A DNA stretch of 64,000 nt from Catajapyx aquilonaris (Eukaryota). A model generated the notes under the pieces. It was not told where the DNA came from, made no database searches, and saw nothing but the letters and a program-made list of their open reading frames with translations. A program made the position numbers and the translations under genes. Positions 36,401 through 48,906 of this stretch are shown piece after piece (within the stretch, counting starts at the first letter, position 1; each line of letters opens with the position of its first letter). The stretch lies in assembly GCA_000934665.2 (NCBI GenBank), contig KZ538489.1:1-64000 (forward strand), given 5' to 3'.

Positions 36401-39400
36401 GTGGCAAAATAGATATTAATTGCCACTACAAATTTTGCCGATTTTTGGCTCTTTTGGTCAATATAGATCGAGTTTAGTGAGGAACTTGACGTTTGATTTA
36501 TCACATGCAAAATATTCCTGATATAAGGGCCTATTTATGACTTAGATCGATCCGTATGTGTGGGGTTGATTTGTCAAATGCAATATAATATTAGGGTATG
36601 GATTTTTAGTAGAGGCAATTATTTGCATGCGTGTGTACTGGGAGCACTCGTAATTTTCAAAGCAGCCCTGGAAATACGGGAATCATTTCAAGGATAGCTT
36701 TTGTCGTGATAAAACAAATAAACTAAAAATTTAAAAAACAAAGGACCAAATAACTTAATACGAATCACGTGGACACAGGTGTATATTATTTTGTACTTAA
36801 GAAGACGTTCTAACAATATTCCTGGGAAAATAAATCAGAAAATGATGCAGATCGCAGCATTTCAACCACAGCTAACCAAGCTGGATTAGAGAGGCCGTTA
36901 TGATATAGTGTAAGCCAATACTTCTGCCTACATTTAAATGGAAATAGAAGCCGATTAATATTATACAGGGTGCCAACTGAATTCCAAATGCTCTAAAGTT
37001 ATCAAAATTGGAACTAAGCTGTTCTGCAGTTACTGACAACAGATAAACCTCTATAGGGGGAACCAAAATCTAGAATATTACTGTAGGTTGAGTGAAAACC
37101 ATCCTCGTTGACCATTGATAGGATGTCTGTCCTGACAAGAGAGCCATACTTTTGTCGTCGAAATGGTCGTATATTTCAATAGCTCCAAGTCGGGTCGTTC
37201 CGATGTGTTAATCTCTAATTTACTGAAACTGAGGGTAGGAAGTACAAGTAATACTTTTCAGTAGTCCAAATATTAGCAGTTAAAATTTTTGCTATTCACA
37301 GAACTACAGTAATAAGTGCGAAAAATTGTAGCAGCTATTTAATTAGAACACTGCAAAATTGGTCTAATTGTATTTATTTTATTCTATTCCTTCTACTTCC
37401 CACCCCTTACAACCTTGGTGGGGTGAGAGCGTGTTCACAATGTGCGTAATATAATATTGTATACGGTATTACCATTAAACGTACAGTAGTGTACCATGGT
37501 AAACTATACGCATACTAATTTTAAAAGATAATACTTCTGCATAACTTATTATGCATGAAGTTATACAAAAGTCCATCATGAACGACTCACTCCTTTTATG
37601 CGATACCGGTAATTGTTCATTGTATATTTTACTCGAAAATGGGAGGAAAGCTTACCCTGTCACGAATGGAACCAGACGTTGATGGCCTGATTTCCAGAAT
37701 GGAAAAAACTGTGCATGTTAATGTACTTCGCAGTGATCCTAAGAGTAGAATATTATGCTAGTATGTTATTATTATTGTTAGATTTATTCTACTTCCCACC
37801 CCTCATAACCTTGGTGCGGTGGAAGGGAATTATTTTAATATAAAGCCACAATATTTATTCTACAAAGGCTACATGACAACTTCCTTGCAACTTCATATTC
37901 TGCAATGGTTTCACTCTATCCCACCCTCTATGCATATTAATTTATTTAGGACTGTGATCCTCAGCGGAATTTTTGTTGCCGCGGAACCTTTTTTTTTGCT
38001 TAAAAAAACTTGGCAGGAACCCTACAATAGAACCCTTTACTATGTTTTTTTTTTTTAAATTAAAAAAAACACTATAATGGACTTGTGTAAAGCCCCGTTC
38101 TCGTGGGTACGACCTTTCGCCCTTTAAATAGCAGAAGGTTTGTGTTTTAGAACACGTGAATTTTCCGGAATTTGTTTACCTCGCGTGGTATTTTAAAACC
38201 GGTTGTCCTTAAGAAACACGTAAAACGGGCACATGTGCATTTTTTTTTGTCCCATTTCGACCCATTAGCTGAGGTCGTGAGGCGTAGCCTACTGTACTAT
38301 CTGTGAAAAAATTTAAGCCACACATACCTTGGCGCTTTACAACTATTACCACTTAACCAATTAAAGACGTCGATACAGTAGAGCGTTGATGGTTGCATAG
38401 CGCCAGGATACGATTGGCAAAAACGGTTTTTAAAAATACAAATACTGTAAATAGGTGACCTTAATAAGCCTACTTCAGCACTGAGATGAAGTTCGACGAT
38501 TCGCCTCAGTCATTAGTCTGTTATTGCACATTCAGCGGATATTTCTTGCTCATAAAGTACTTTTCTCGTGCGATAATATTGGACTCGAAGTGTCATCTGG
38601 CCTTCTGGTTATTTGAATATTCTCCTGGCTAATAAATTAGCCATTGCACCAAATAGCGAAATATCTGCTGAAGACAACTTATTTGGGCTATGGTCACCTC
38701 TACTCAAATTTGATCGAAATCGTAATAATAGGACACCCTCAACGAAACCCTTACAATGCTTGAAAAAAACTAATATTAATATAAAAGTCCCATTAACTCG
38801 CCTAATGTACTGTACAGCAAAATCTTGACTGGGGAAAATAGGCATTGATGCTGAAAAATAATAAGAAAAAAAAATTGCACGACGACACTGGAGGCTCCAT
38901 AATTCTGCTCATGATTTTTTTCAATATAGCGTACACATTTGGTACCCGTAATTTCCTTCGCCATACTAGGCAGTTGAGGCCAACAAGGACGAGTGCATCC
39001 GGTACCTGAGAACCTGCAAAGCCAACGTGGACATTCCGAGCAAGTTGGGACATACCCCAGCCCAGCTAGCATCTGCCCTCGGACACCTACACTTGGTAGA
39101 CACCTTGAAAGGCAAGTTAATCTACTTTCGGCCCATGTCCATCAACGATTCGCATTTCTGGAGAAAATGTCCTTATCTCAGCAATGGGATGTGAGTGATG
39201 CAAATCGAGTCCTTGTCGCCTCCCGGGTACTCTCTTTTGCATTTGCGCTCTGGATATGAAGAAGAGCAACACGCGAGAAGTATATCTCCCAACTTTCGCA
39301 TGTGACAACTGACCCAATTAGAAGCGTGTCCAACTAACTACGCCTGCTGGCACTTAATTGCTCTTCGCACGAACATTCCGTTCTATCCGCCCCATTTTGA

Positions 39401-39878
39401 GACCATTTCAATATTTTCGCTCAGTTAAACATTGTTGTATATACCCAAAGTGAGAACAGGGGATCCCGTTTGGTACCACGTCTGCGTGTTTTACATCTTT
39501 GAAAAATATGAGCGAGTGTGATAAGGCTTGTTTTCTATCCTGTTACTGTTATGTACCGTTGGTGGATTTTCCTACCGACTGAAGCGCAAACACAAAAATG
39601 GCGATGAAAAGTTCGGATAGACTCGAATCAGCGAGTCTCCAATTCCACGCCTACTTCTCTATTATTTTTGTAATACAAAGGATAGGTTCTCGTCGACGAC
39701 AGAATTTGTCGCCACAACTGTTGCGTTGATTATTGTTTACAGGCTCCGCTCTTGGGGAAAGATGGTTTATCTATCTGGGGGACAGAAGCTGCCGTATATT
39801 CCCTGACCTGCAATTACTAGACTTTAACTAGCCCTTTTCTTTCTAGAGCCAATTGTCGTCGTCGAAGAGGACAAGTAA
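30429..39878 (+). CDS. ASPG: L-asparaginase with C-terminal ankyrin repeats (60 kDa lysophospholipase/ASPG type)
   Basis: Phase-consistent exons: 30429-30511, 32028-32188, 32337-32454, 32519-32630, 32684-33020, 33093-33205, 33264-33563, 33614-33820, 33875-33999, 34078-34200, 34265-34364, 38970-39111, then probably 39847-39878 (or read-through to TGA 39194). Motifs: [49 protein letters not shown]; ankyrin repeats [38 protein letters not shown]. First and last exons are less certain. Confidence 0.93.
31111..31957. mobile_element. Non-autonomous DNA transposon with ~150-bp TIRs in asparaginase intron 1
   Basis: CACTGTTCTGC(A)nCACTCACTTTCGCTCTTTTGAAAAC... mirrored by ...GTTTTCAAAAGAGCGAAAGTGAGTG(T)nGCAGAACAGTG. 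Confidence 0.85.
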
Positions 39879-40424
39879 AGCTGGTCAAGTGGTTCACCAC
39901 TGGAAACTTCAGTACAATAGGGACAATAATCATCCGATATATTTATATAGCAATACTTGTGACTATAAAGAATGACTGATTATAGCTGTATGGTCATGTA
40001 AATATAATTATGCAGAAAAAAAAATAAAAAGCAACGCACACTTGCGTCTATGAGAAAATGCAAATTCTCGGTGGTGTATATGAGAGTATAGTAACTGTGC
40101 TGCGGGTAAGACAATTTCCCCTACTATGTAGAACACCTTTCTTCATTTTTTTTTCACGCAAAAGCACGCTCCAGATGTGTTGCTGGATCGTCACGTGATT
40201 TACTTTTACGGTAACATAAGTCTGTCAAGACAATGGCTATTCATATGGGTAACCTTGCTGGAAAATTTTCACTCCGGAGTTACAGTTCCCATTCAGGGTT
40301 TTTCCATGGTAATAAAAACTTACCTGCACAATTGTCTCTTAATAAATTAGGACTTTAAATCGTTATGCTTCATAATCGGATGGCCAACATATCGGAATGT
40401 TACGTCAGTAATGTGTAATATATT

Positions 40425-40712
40425 CAGCGCCGGATTCCCGCCCCCCTCGCATGACGCTTAAAAATGCCATTTTTTTCTTGTGTTCTCTCCTTCAATTAAA
40501 AATAATAATTATACTGTAAGTTACGGCCGCCCTGGCCCGCCCCTCGGCAATTACCTTTTCTGCCTGTATAGTCGTAAATCAAGCGCTCAAAAATGTGGCT
40601 TTCTTTGTGATCTCGCCTTTATTTCCTATTATTGTATTTGTGAAATATTTATTGCAACTCTCGGCCGCCCCTAGGGCAGTGTCTACTGTGCCTAATGGGA
40701 AATCCGGCGCTG
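40425..40712. mobile_element. hAT-like MITE
   Basis: CAGCGCCGGATTCCC ... GGGAAATCCGGCGCTG TIRs; same family as 17001-17336. Confidence 0.8.
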
Positions 40713-41529
40713 GTAATATTACGATTGGTCAGTCACCAATACGCGCAAACCTCCAGCCTGCAAAGATACAGTAATTTTACGTCCCTTTTTGTTGAAAATG
40801 AGTAACGTTTCTCTTACAATGTACTACCTATGAAACCAACTCAAAGAAATCTACTGCATACATTTGGCCATTTTAAATTGCCAGCCGTGAGGGAAAAATA
40901 CACACGCCAAAAAAAACCCACACAAATAAAAAAATAAAATGAAATCGACAAATAAGCAATTCCTGTATATAAACTTTTTCAAGAAGAGCATTAAAAAATC
41001 TATCTAATTTCCCTATGGGACACTACTGTAAACAAATATTTCTACACATTTTCATGTCCAGTGTGACAGATACGCTCATGCCCTCCTATAGTAGGTATAT
41101 TTTCAAGGCCTCAAATTAATTTCTGTAAATTGGTGTAGCCTACTTGAGCAATTCGTCGATTCAAAGGCATATATTTTTTCGCTCTCTCTTCAAATCCCAT
41201 CCTTGTTCTGTTACCGGCACTCCCTTCAGTGTTACGTATGAAAGACACCGTTTGCTACACATAGAGCAATCGTTTCAGCCAGTTATGAACACAAAAAGCT
41301 CACCCTTTTCACTTTTAATTGCGACAAGTTTCTCCCAAACAAAAAAAAAAAAAGTCCCTGGCCACCAAGAGATGGGATATGAGACAGATACGGCCTGCAA
41401 AACTCACGACCCGGAAAAAATGATGGCGGTGGGACAGGTGGAGTGGGAAGGGGGTGGGGTGGAAGGATGGGCTAGAAGAGTCCAAGAAGGTGAAAACCGA
41501 GACAAAACAACCAGGTCGTAAGAACGACG

Positions 41530-41537
41530 TATAAAAG
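41530..41537 (+). promoter_or_regulatory. TATA box of the DM4/DM12-like gene
   Basis: TATAAAAG about 120 bp upstream of ATG 41650. Confidence 0.6.
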
Positions 41538-41649
41538 ACACCTATATTCCTTCACACGCCCACTTCACCTCTGTCTTCGGAGCTGGACACATCTCCTCCC
41601 AGAATACCAAGGAATTGTGACATTTCAAGAAAGTAGCACCAGTACAACA

Positions 41650-43588
41650 ATGAAGGAAGTGCGTGCACAAGTGTGGACCGCGTTGGTCATTGTCGGATTC
41701 GAAATGGTCCTGGGGAGCCAGCATCCACCTGTCAGGTCAGCCAGAACGATGTGTGTGTTTCCCGCAAATGGCTTACACGTACGCTATTTCCATACAGTGT
41801 AACTGCTCAGAAATCTGCTACTTCGGCCCATTATGACTACGGAGTCTACTACCCGTTCCCTGGAGATCAGATGGCTCAGGAGAGCGGAGGCGATACCCAT
41901 TCAAAGAAGACTAGCCAGCTGGACAAGTCCCGCCTGGACAAGAGTGCTTCCACCATATTCCAGGTAAAAGCTAAGGGAGACCTGGCAGAGGACATCAAGC
42001 AGCAGAGAAACCTGGTCACTGTCGCCAACTACGGACACGAACCTGACCTCCAGGTATAAGCACACTTGTCAATTGTTAATAATTGCCAGAATCTGTACGT
42101 AACCTGTCAAGTTTTAATTATTATTGAAATTGGTTATCAAAGGTTGTTGGGGAGCAACACATACTTTGCCACAAAGTTCAGAGATGTTTTCAAAAGCTAC
42201 TACACCTCAAGTTGCACTATACTGTATATAAAATTTCAATTGCTATTTTTATATTATGCAAATATTCCTATCAGAATCAGACGTTGTTTATGTGTGCTGC
42301 ATTAATATCCAGTCAGTTAAATTGTACACGCTACAAAATCACATGAGAAATTATACTTGTTTCACTATAGACAATACTAGTTACACCCCAAAATTAATCC
42401 AGTCACAGCCATGCATTGTTATAAGGAAGAATAAGATTATGATTAATCTTGGTAAGGCAGCAAGAAATTGCTTACCATAATGTAGTTTTGTGCTGTTCAA
42501 CTATGATGACAACTAGCTACTTCTCCTGTCTGTTCAAAATACACAGTACCCTTAACCCACAATAATCTAATATTTTATTACTTCTACTAGGTGGGCCTTG
42601 CTTTCACCATCCCTTTTCTGTCCCTGCCTGTGAAGAAGTTCTTTGGTGGCCTGGGCGGATTTGATGGCCTTCATGTTGGCCACCCTGGAGGCTATGATAG
42701 CCATAGTGGTTATGGTGGCTTCAGCTCTAGTGGTGGATACGATCTTGGAAGTATCTTCAAATACAACTATGGTGGAATTGGAATGGCTGCTGTTGTAGCA
42801 CTGCTGGCCATTCTTTTTGTTCCTAAGCTCATTCATGGTCTCACTGGGTACAACACATCACCATATGGGTTCACTGGATATGGCAGAAGTCAGTGTCTTC
42901 CTTCCTTCCTAGATATCCTCTCACAAATACAGTGTTAACAATACTTATTTCTATACAGGTGTCGAGGGTGGTGAGGCAAGTTCCCTCATCCCATCCCTAA
43001 TGGCACGTGTCGATGATGCCCTCTCTGACTTCCATGTCAATTCTACCAGTTGTGTCCAGAGGGCAGTATGTACATATGTGAGGTCAGCTTCCGATAAGAA
43101 TAATGGTGGAAAGGCTACCAGCGTTGAGAAAATCATTGATGGAATCACCAGGTATGATGGCACTGGCTAAATCATTTGCTCAAACAGAATTTTCAATCAC
43201 CTTTACTGGGCAAAAAAAAAAAAAGTTAAATTTGATAATCATGGCAATCCATTCTTTGTGTCTGAACAGTAACACATTATACAGTCAATATCTGTGCAGC
43301 TGTGCAGGCCACCTTTTCTCTACACGAGATAAAATGACCAAACATAACACTGATGGTCATAAGCATGCCAAAGCAGCATATGCTCAACTATATGACAATG
43401 TCTAATCAGCCTGTTTACATTTCAGCAACTCAATGGTGAATTATGTCCTCAGTGGAACAACTTTGATGGATGCTGTTGCAGCAGGGAAAAAAGGAGACAA
43501 TTGTGCAGTCACTTACAGTGGGTGTCCTGTCACCACTCATGGTGTCTACAAATTTATCACATCTTTCCTAGCAGATAATAAGGTGTAG
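41650..43588 (+). CDS. Uncharacterised arthropod-type secreted or membrane protein with a Gly/Tyr-rich region and DM4/DM12-like 4-Cys C-terminal domain
   Basis: Exons 41650-41735, 41798-42053, 42591-42888, 42959-43151, 43426-43588, all GT-AG and phase-consistent. Hydrophobic N-terminus (VWTALVIVGFEMVLG), second hydrophobic segment (IGMAAVVALLAILFVPKL), GYGR, then CVQRAVC ... CAVTYSGCP. Confidence 0.82.
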
Positions 43589-46207
43589 CACCCATGTGTC
43601 TGATGTGCATTGTTGTCATTAAAAAATTTTGTTTGTTTGTGGCCAATTTGATGTGTTTCAACCAATATCCCTTTCCCCTTCTTGAGACAAACTACCACTC
43701 ACTATTTTGAAGTGTGGATCACTGACTATCACTAGTGGATGTGACAATATTCTGCCACTTTTCTTTAGTACCTGTAAGTTAATGTCAGTTACTGGATAGT
43801 AAATAAGATGATATTGAAGAGCACCATTTACTCATCTAGTCCAAAACAAATTGACAGTTGGTAACAACAACAGCAACAACTTCATATTGGGAGAAACAGT
43901 ATTTCACCCTCGTTGAATAAACAACCTTCGGAAACACACCCTTACTCGCTCCTCAAATAACAAAAATAATAATAATAGAGAAGCAGCTCAGTTAAATAAA
44001 TAAAAATCACCATCCTATACATTATCTTACTATCTTGCCATATTTCCATTCAACACCATTACAAACTGGAGTTTCTGCAGAAACCCGAGAGGAAGGTACA
44101 AATGGGGGGAAGAAAACATTTTGCAGTAAGGCCCCAGAAAAATTCATTTTGCTACTCTAAATCAATACTGCAGGCAGTCAACATGTCGCACTAATTTTAA
44201 AATGCAGATTCACAATTTCAATGTTCACCAAGCAACACATTGTTTATTCCATGTCTTCTCAAAGAACTGTACTAAATGTAAGTTTTTACAGGCAATTAAG
44301 TATCACAAACCAATGCATGTTCTCATAGGTCTAGTTCAAAACCAACAATATAGTGCATCATACTGTTGTAAGAAATGTGTACAAGTTGGAGTCACTGCTT
44401 TGGCATGTAGAGAGCCATTTTGGTTCACTCCTCTTCAGGAAGTCCATCAAAGAACATGATACCGAATTATTAGATAATACTGTATGTGATTTTAAATGAG
44501 GGTGTTGAGAAAGATCTTGCACTGGATTTTTTTGTCATCGTGAAAAATGCCCTTGGGCTAAGCCAAAAAAGAAAATTGGCTGCCTATGTATATGATATAC
44601 ATTTTGTAAAAAAAAGTTCCCAACACCCAGACAGTACCTTACATATACAGTACATGGTAGAGAAGGGGTCCGAAAAGGCCAAAAATGAACATGGCATGCT
44701 TTATGGATGGATGCTACACAAGCACCTTTCCTCATAATCTTTCCCTTGGCACATAATTTTCTGATATATCGAAACCCACTCTCTTAACAAGTTATTGTCC
44801 CTATTATGTCTAAAGAGAATACTTGTTGCCTCCTGCCTGGTTAACATGTGATATGTGCAATGAAGCAGGCAAGATGATAAGTTAACAGCCACAGAGAACC
44901 TCTTGAATTGCAAATGGATTCAGCAAAACCTGAGCAACATCTAACAATACTGAAGCACAGCAACAAACCGCTTGTATGTAAGGGCTTTGTGTCATGGAAG
45001 TTAAATGTCGAATAATGATATTTTGTAAATTAAAAATAATTTTGTAAATTACCCCACTACATCAAAGCATAAAAATTACTACATTTTAAAATACCATCTA
45101 AAATAATATTCCTCCTAGCCACAAATATATGACACTAATACTCTGACAATTATTATTATTCCAATCTTTTTACATATTGCAATTGGCTACATACACAGTT
45201 GACTTCATTGTATGAAATGCCTGCAACTTTGCAATCAATTCTATTTGAGCTAGCCTGACTTTTGCTCTCTTAGATTTGAAACTAATAACAAGATGCAAAA
45301 AAGTCTCTAGAATCATTTATTACAAATGATTTCTTAAAAGTTGAGGTTAAGGGTACCAGTACCATGTAACTTAACTCAATGTGGTACAAATATTGCAATA
45401 CTGGAATAATGCCATTTCCTCACAAATGCGTGTGTCATTTGTCATTGCCATTTGTCACTGATGGCTTTCCTTTCTTCCCTCTACTGGCATTCATATAGCA
45501 TGTTTTGGGTGCCCGAAATAGAAAAATGGCCTGTTCTTTTGAGACACATTAAGCCAGCTAAGTACGCTTAGGATTACAAGCACACATGTTCAATTGCACA
45601 TTCATTTTTGGTCCATCACATTTGTGAGAAAGGATCGTATGAAAATGTAAGTTAGTTGAGGAATACATTAATCAGATTAATGCATTTCAGCCTAAATTTA
45701 CGTACATATGCAAGTAACATTTCGAACTCTTGTCAATTCACAAAAAATTTACAATCAATAACTGTTTTCAATAATATTCCTGTTTTGCCAATAGCACGTC
45801 ATATTACTTTGATGCCCCAAGACCTTAAAATATTAAAGCACCATTCTAATCTAGGCCTATAGCATTATCAGCTTATTTCACAGTTGGCGAATAATGATGA
45901 CTAATCACTTCTTCTTTAGGCTTATTGAGCATTTTCGATACTTTTGTACATTTTTCTTCAATGTCTAATAATAATTTGTTGCGAACCTACATAGCCTGTG
46001 TCAAGCCATACCAAGGAGAGAAAATGCCATTTTGATACCTTCACATACAGGGTGGAATACTCCACTTGAACACTTGATGTCCTGCACCAATTTCTTCTTG
46101 TTCAAGTCTATATTTAGACACAAAAGGACACTAAATCTGCAGAATATATTGGCCATCCATGTTAGTTTCAGCTATAAGGATTGACCTACAAAGAATTCTG
46201 CACTATA

Positions 46208-46659
46208 CAGGGCGAAGGGAAACTCGCTCCCAATCGCCAGGTCAACTGATAGTACTCGTAAAACTAATAAAGGGACGAGCAATTAGTTTTTGGCGCCGGT
46301 GCGTAGTTAATGCGTATGGCACCTTTAAAGTGTAGAGGGCCAGGTGGTAAAATATTAGGTAAAAACGACAAAGTGCACGGGTGTCGTACCCAGATTCTTA
46401 CTCTGACAGGATTTGATCGATCACCTATTGCACATGGACAATGCATTCGGGGACCAAGGCTGGATTATTCAGAGGCCCTTGAGCTGGCTTTTGCTTCTTT
46501 GAAACTGGCGGAGCAGAAGTGATGTCACGAAACTTTAAAGGCGCCGTATGCATTAACATACAATGCAATGGCGGCCAAAACTAATTGCACATCCCTATAT
46601 TAGTTTTGCGAGTACTATCAGTCTACCTGGCGATTGGATGAAAGTTTCCCTTCACCCTG
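46208..46659. mobile_element. Tc1-type MITE with long TIRs
   Basis: TA|CAGGGCGAAGGGAAACT...CCAATCGCCAGGT...GATAGTACTCG / CGAGTACTATC...ACCTGGCGATTGG...TTCCCTTCACCCTG|TA. Confidence 0.85.
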
Positions 46660-46976
46660 TATATAACACACTACAGATAAATAATGAGAAGCAGTAATGC
46701 AACTGAGGTACAGGTGGTGCTCCTTCAAATGAAAATTGATTCATGCACGTGTGTTTGTCTGTGTTTGAGTTCAATATGCACTAGTCTACACTCTATACTG
46801 TATAGTACAAGTTATCAAATAAATTAGTTCTGAATTCATAGTGACATTTCCAATTATTAAAAATGAAAGTCAATGAGAACTGTAAATCTCCAGACCATTT
46901 TTTTCCAGCTTGAACATTGTGGCGATGTGAGTAGCACTCAAAATGTAGGGCTACACCAGGCTACACATTCCATATA

Positions 46977-47391
46977 CAGGGTGGATCCACTAACTTTGGC
47001 AAAAATCACAGGGTCGGTAGAGGCCCCATAGGCAAGTATTTTGAGCTTCAGTACCCATGTCCGGAAATGCCCCCGTACAGGGGTACGGCCGTTTCCACCT
47101 TTGGTCTGTTGCGCCTGGTGGGTAGGCAACCCACCGTACTCGAAACTTGCATTCATCAGGTGTGTCGCGTGTGGAGGAGACGAAGGTGAAAACAATTGCG
47201 AATGTCGAGTGCAAAACCTGATGCACACCCCCGCGAGTACGATGGGTTGCCTACCCACCAGGCGCAACATACTAAAGGTGGAAAGGGCCATACCCACATA
47301 TGGGGGCATTTCTGGACATGGGTACAGAAGCTCAAAATACTTGCCTATGGGGCATCCTGTGATTTTTGCCAAAATTACCGGAATCACCCTG
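46977..47391. mobile_element. Tc1-type foldback MITE
   Basis: TA|CAGGGTG...TTGGCAAAAATCACAGG ... CCTGTGATTTTTGCCAAAA...CACCCTG|TA, with arms of about 170 bp. Confidence 0.85.
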
Positions 47392-47763
47392 TATAAATTA
47401 ATTTAATGGGATATATGCCTTCATAGCACTTCAAGAAATTCATGAACTCAAAGCTCAAATATAACACAAGCTTCTCAAATATACAGTACATGTCACAGAG
47501 ATGGACATGTTGCACCATGGCCATCACAATATACATTTATCTACCACAATCCCTCATAAAATACTTTGCTTAATTGTATTAGTAAAATAAATATTTTCTG
47601 CCCTGTAATAAATTGTGCTTCAGAAGTTGGAAGTACATTTTTATGGTCCATCATCAGGCAATAATAAGTTGTAATAAAAACAATACAAGTGCGAGGGCGG
47701 TACCAAAATGATTTACAATTTGTTATTTTGCCACAAGCAGGTAGGAAAATATGCACACATTAT

Positions 47764-48488
47764 AGAATCCTCCTGGAGCCGAATGCACTGGCACTGGCCC
47801 TGGTCAACCTCTCCAGGCTCTCCAGGAACCACGTTTTGGTGATGCGGTGCACCGACTCCCGGCCAACTCTTCACAGTCAACAATGTCCTCGAAATGGCAT
47901 CGGTAACGGGACTTTTTAAATATATTCGAACAGATGAAAGTCACTGGAGGCAGGGGGCATGGTGGTCTAGTGGTTATTCTACTGGCCAGCCAAGCGGGAC
48001 GTCTGGGGTTCAAATCCAGTTCGCGTCTGGCAGACCTTCGCATGGTCAGGTCTTTTTCCGCTTTTTACCCGACATATCTGGGCAGAATATTGCACTCCCT
48101 TCTCTGCCCAGGGCCAAGAGAAAAGGTCTGGTATATTTAAGAGGGTCAGAAATGACTACTTAAGTGCGCCCTCCCTTGGGAACCCCCCCCCCCCCCAAGA
48201 GGGCCCCTGGCCCTATGACGGGGTATTACAAACCAACAAACAAACCAACAAAGTCACTGGAGGCCAGGCCAGGGGAGTATGGTGAGTGTGGAAGCACTCA
48301 AAGCAAGATCCATGAAAAAATCCCTTCGCCGATGCCATTAAGGACTTTATTGATTGTGGTTGATAGTTGCTGACTGTGAGCAGTTGTCTGGTAGTAGGTG
48401 CGTTGCACCTCCAAAAAGTGGTTCCTGAGGGGCCTGGAGATGTTGCCACACCCATTACTCCTGTGCATTCGGCTCCAGGAGGGTTCTG
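47764..48488. mobile_element. Mariner-derived inverted-repeat element interrupted by a SINE
   Basis: AGAATCCTCCTGGAGCCGAATGCAC ... GTGCATTCGGCTCCAGGAGGGTTCT arms; with the SINE removed the minus strand reads PHSPYSPGLASSDFHLF. Confidence 0.7.
47952..48249 (+). mobile_element. tRNA(Gly)-like SINE, family C
   Basis: GGCATGGTGGTCTAGTGG A box, GGTTCAAATCC B box, (CAAA)n tail, TSD AAAGTCACTGGAGGC. Confidence 0.88.
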
Positions 48489-48609
48489 TCGATAGTGTGT
48501 GACTATTTGCTGACCTGCATGGGCCCTGTATTTTCGGCAAAAATAAAAATAAAAAAAAATAATTGAAAATCATTTTGGTATGGCCCTCATATAATAATAT
48601 ACACTCTGT

Positions 48610-48852
48610 GATAGGCCTACTTGGGCCTTTTAGGGGATCATCTTTTCTATAACTGTCTTTAATCATTGCCTGTGCTGTGATGGACTTTGATTGTGGGAGG
48701 AAACAGGATAGCCCCGAGAAAACCCACGCGAGCATGGAGAGAACCTATCCAAACTCTATTCACATAAGTATCCTCTGTCCGATCCAAGGATCAAACTTGG
48801 AAGTTTTGAGGTGGAAGGCTGTGGCGCTAACCACTACACCACCATGCTGCCC
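48610..48852 (-). mobile_element. tRNA-derived SINE with a V-domain-like core
   Basis: Minus strand: tRNA head GGTGGTGTAGTGGTTAGCG, then GAGTTTGGATAGGTTCTCTCCATGCTCGCGTGGGTTTTCTCGGGGCTATCCTGTTTCCTCCCACAATCAAAG. Confidence 0.65.
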
Positions 48853-48906
48853 AGGCAATAATGAGTTACTCTGCTAAGATATGATAAATAAGATAAGAAT
48901 AAATAA

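Noticed and set aside
6047..39878. Functional amino-acid-metabolism cluster (BCKDK plus asparaginase)
   Set aside because: Different pathways, separate promoters and a suspect assembly join between them; adjacency alone is not evidence.
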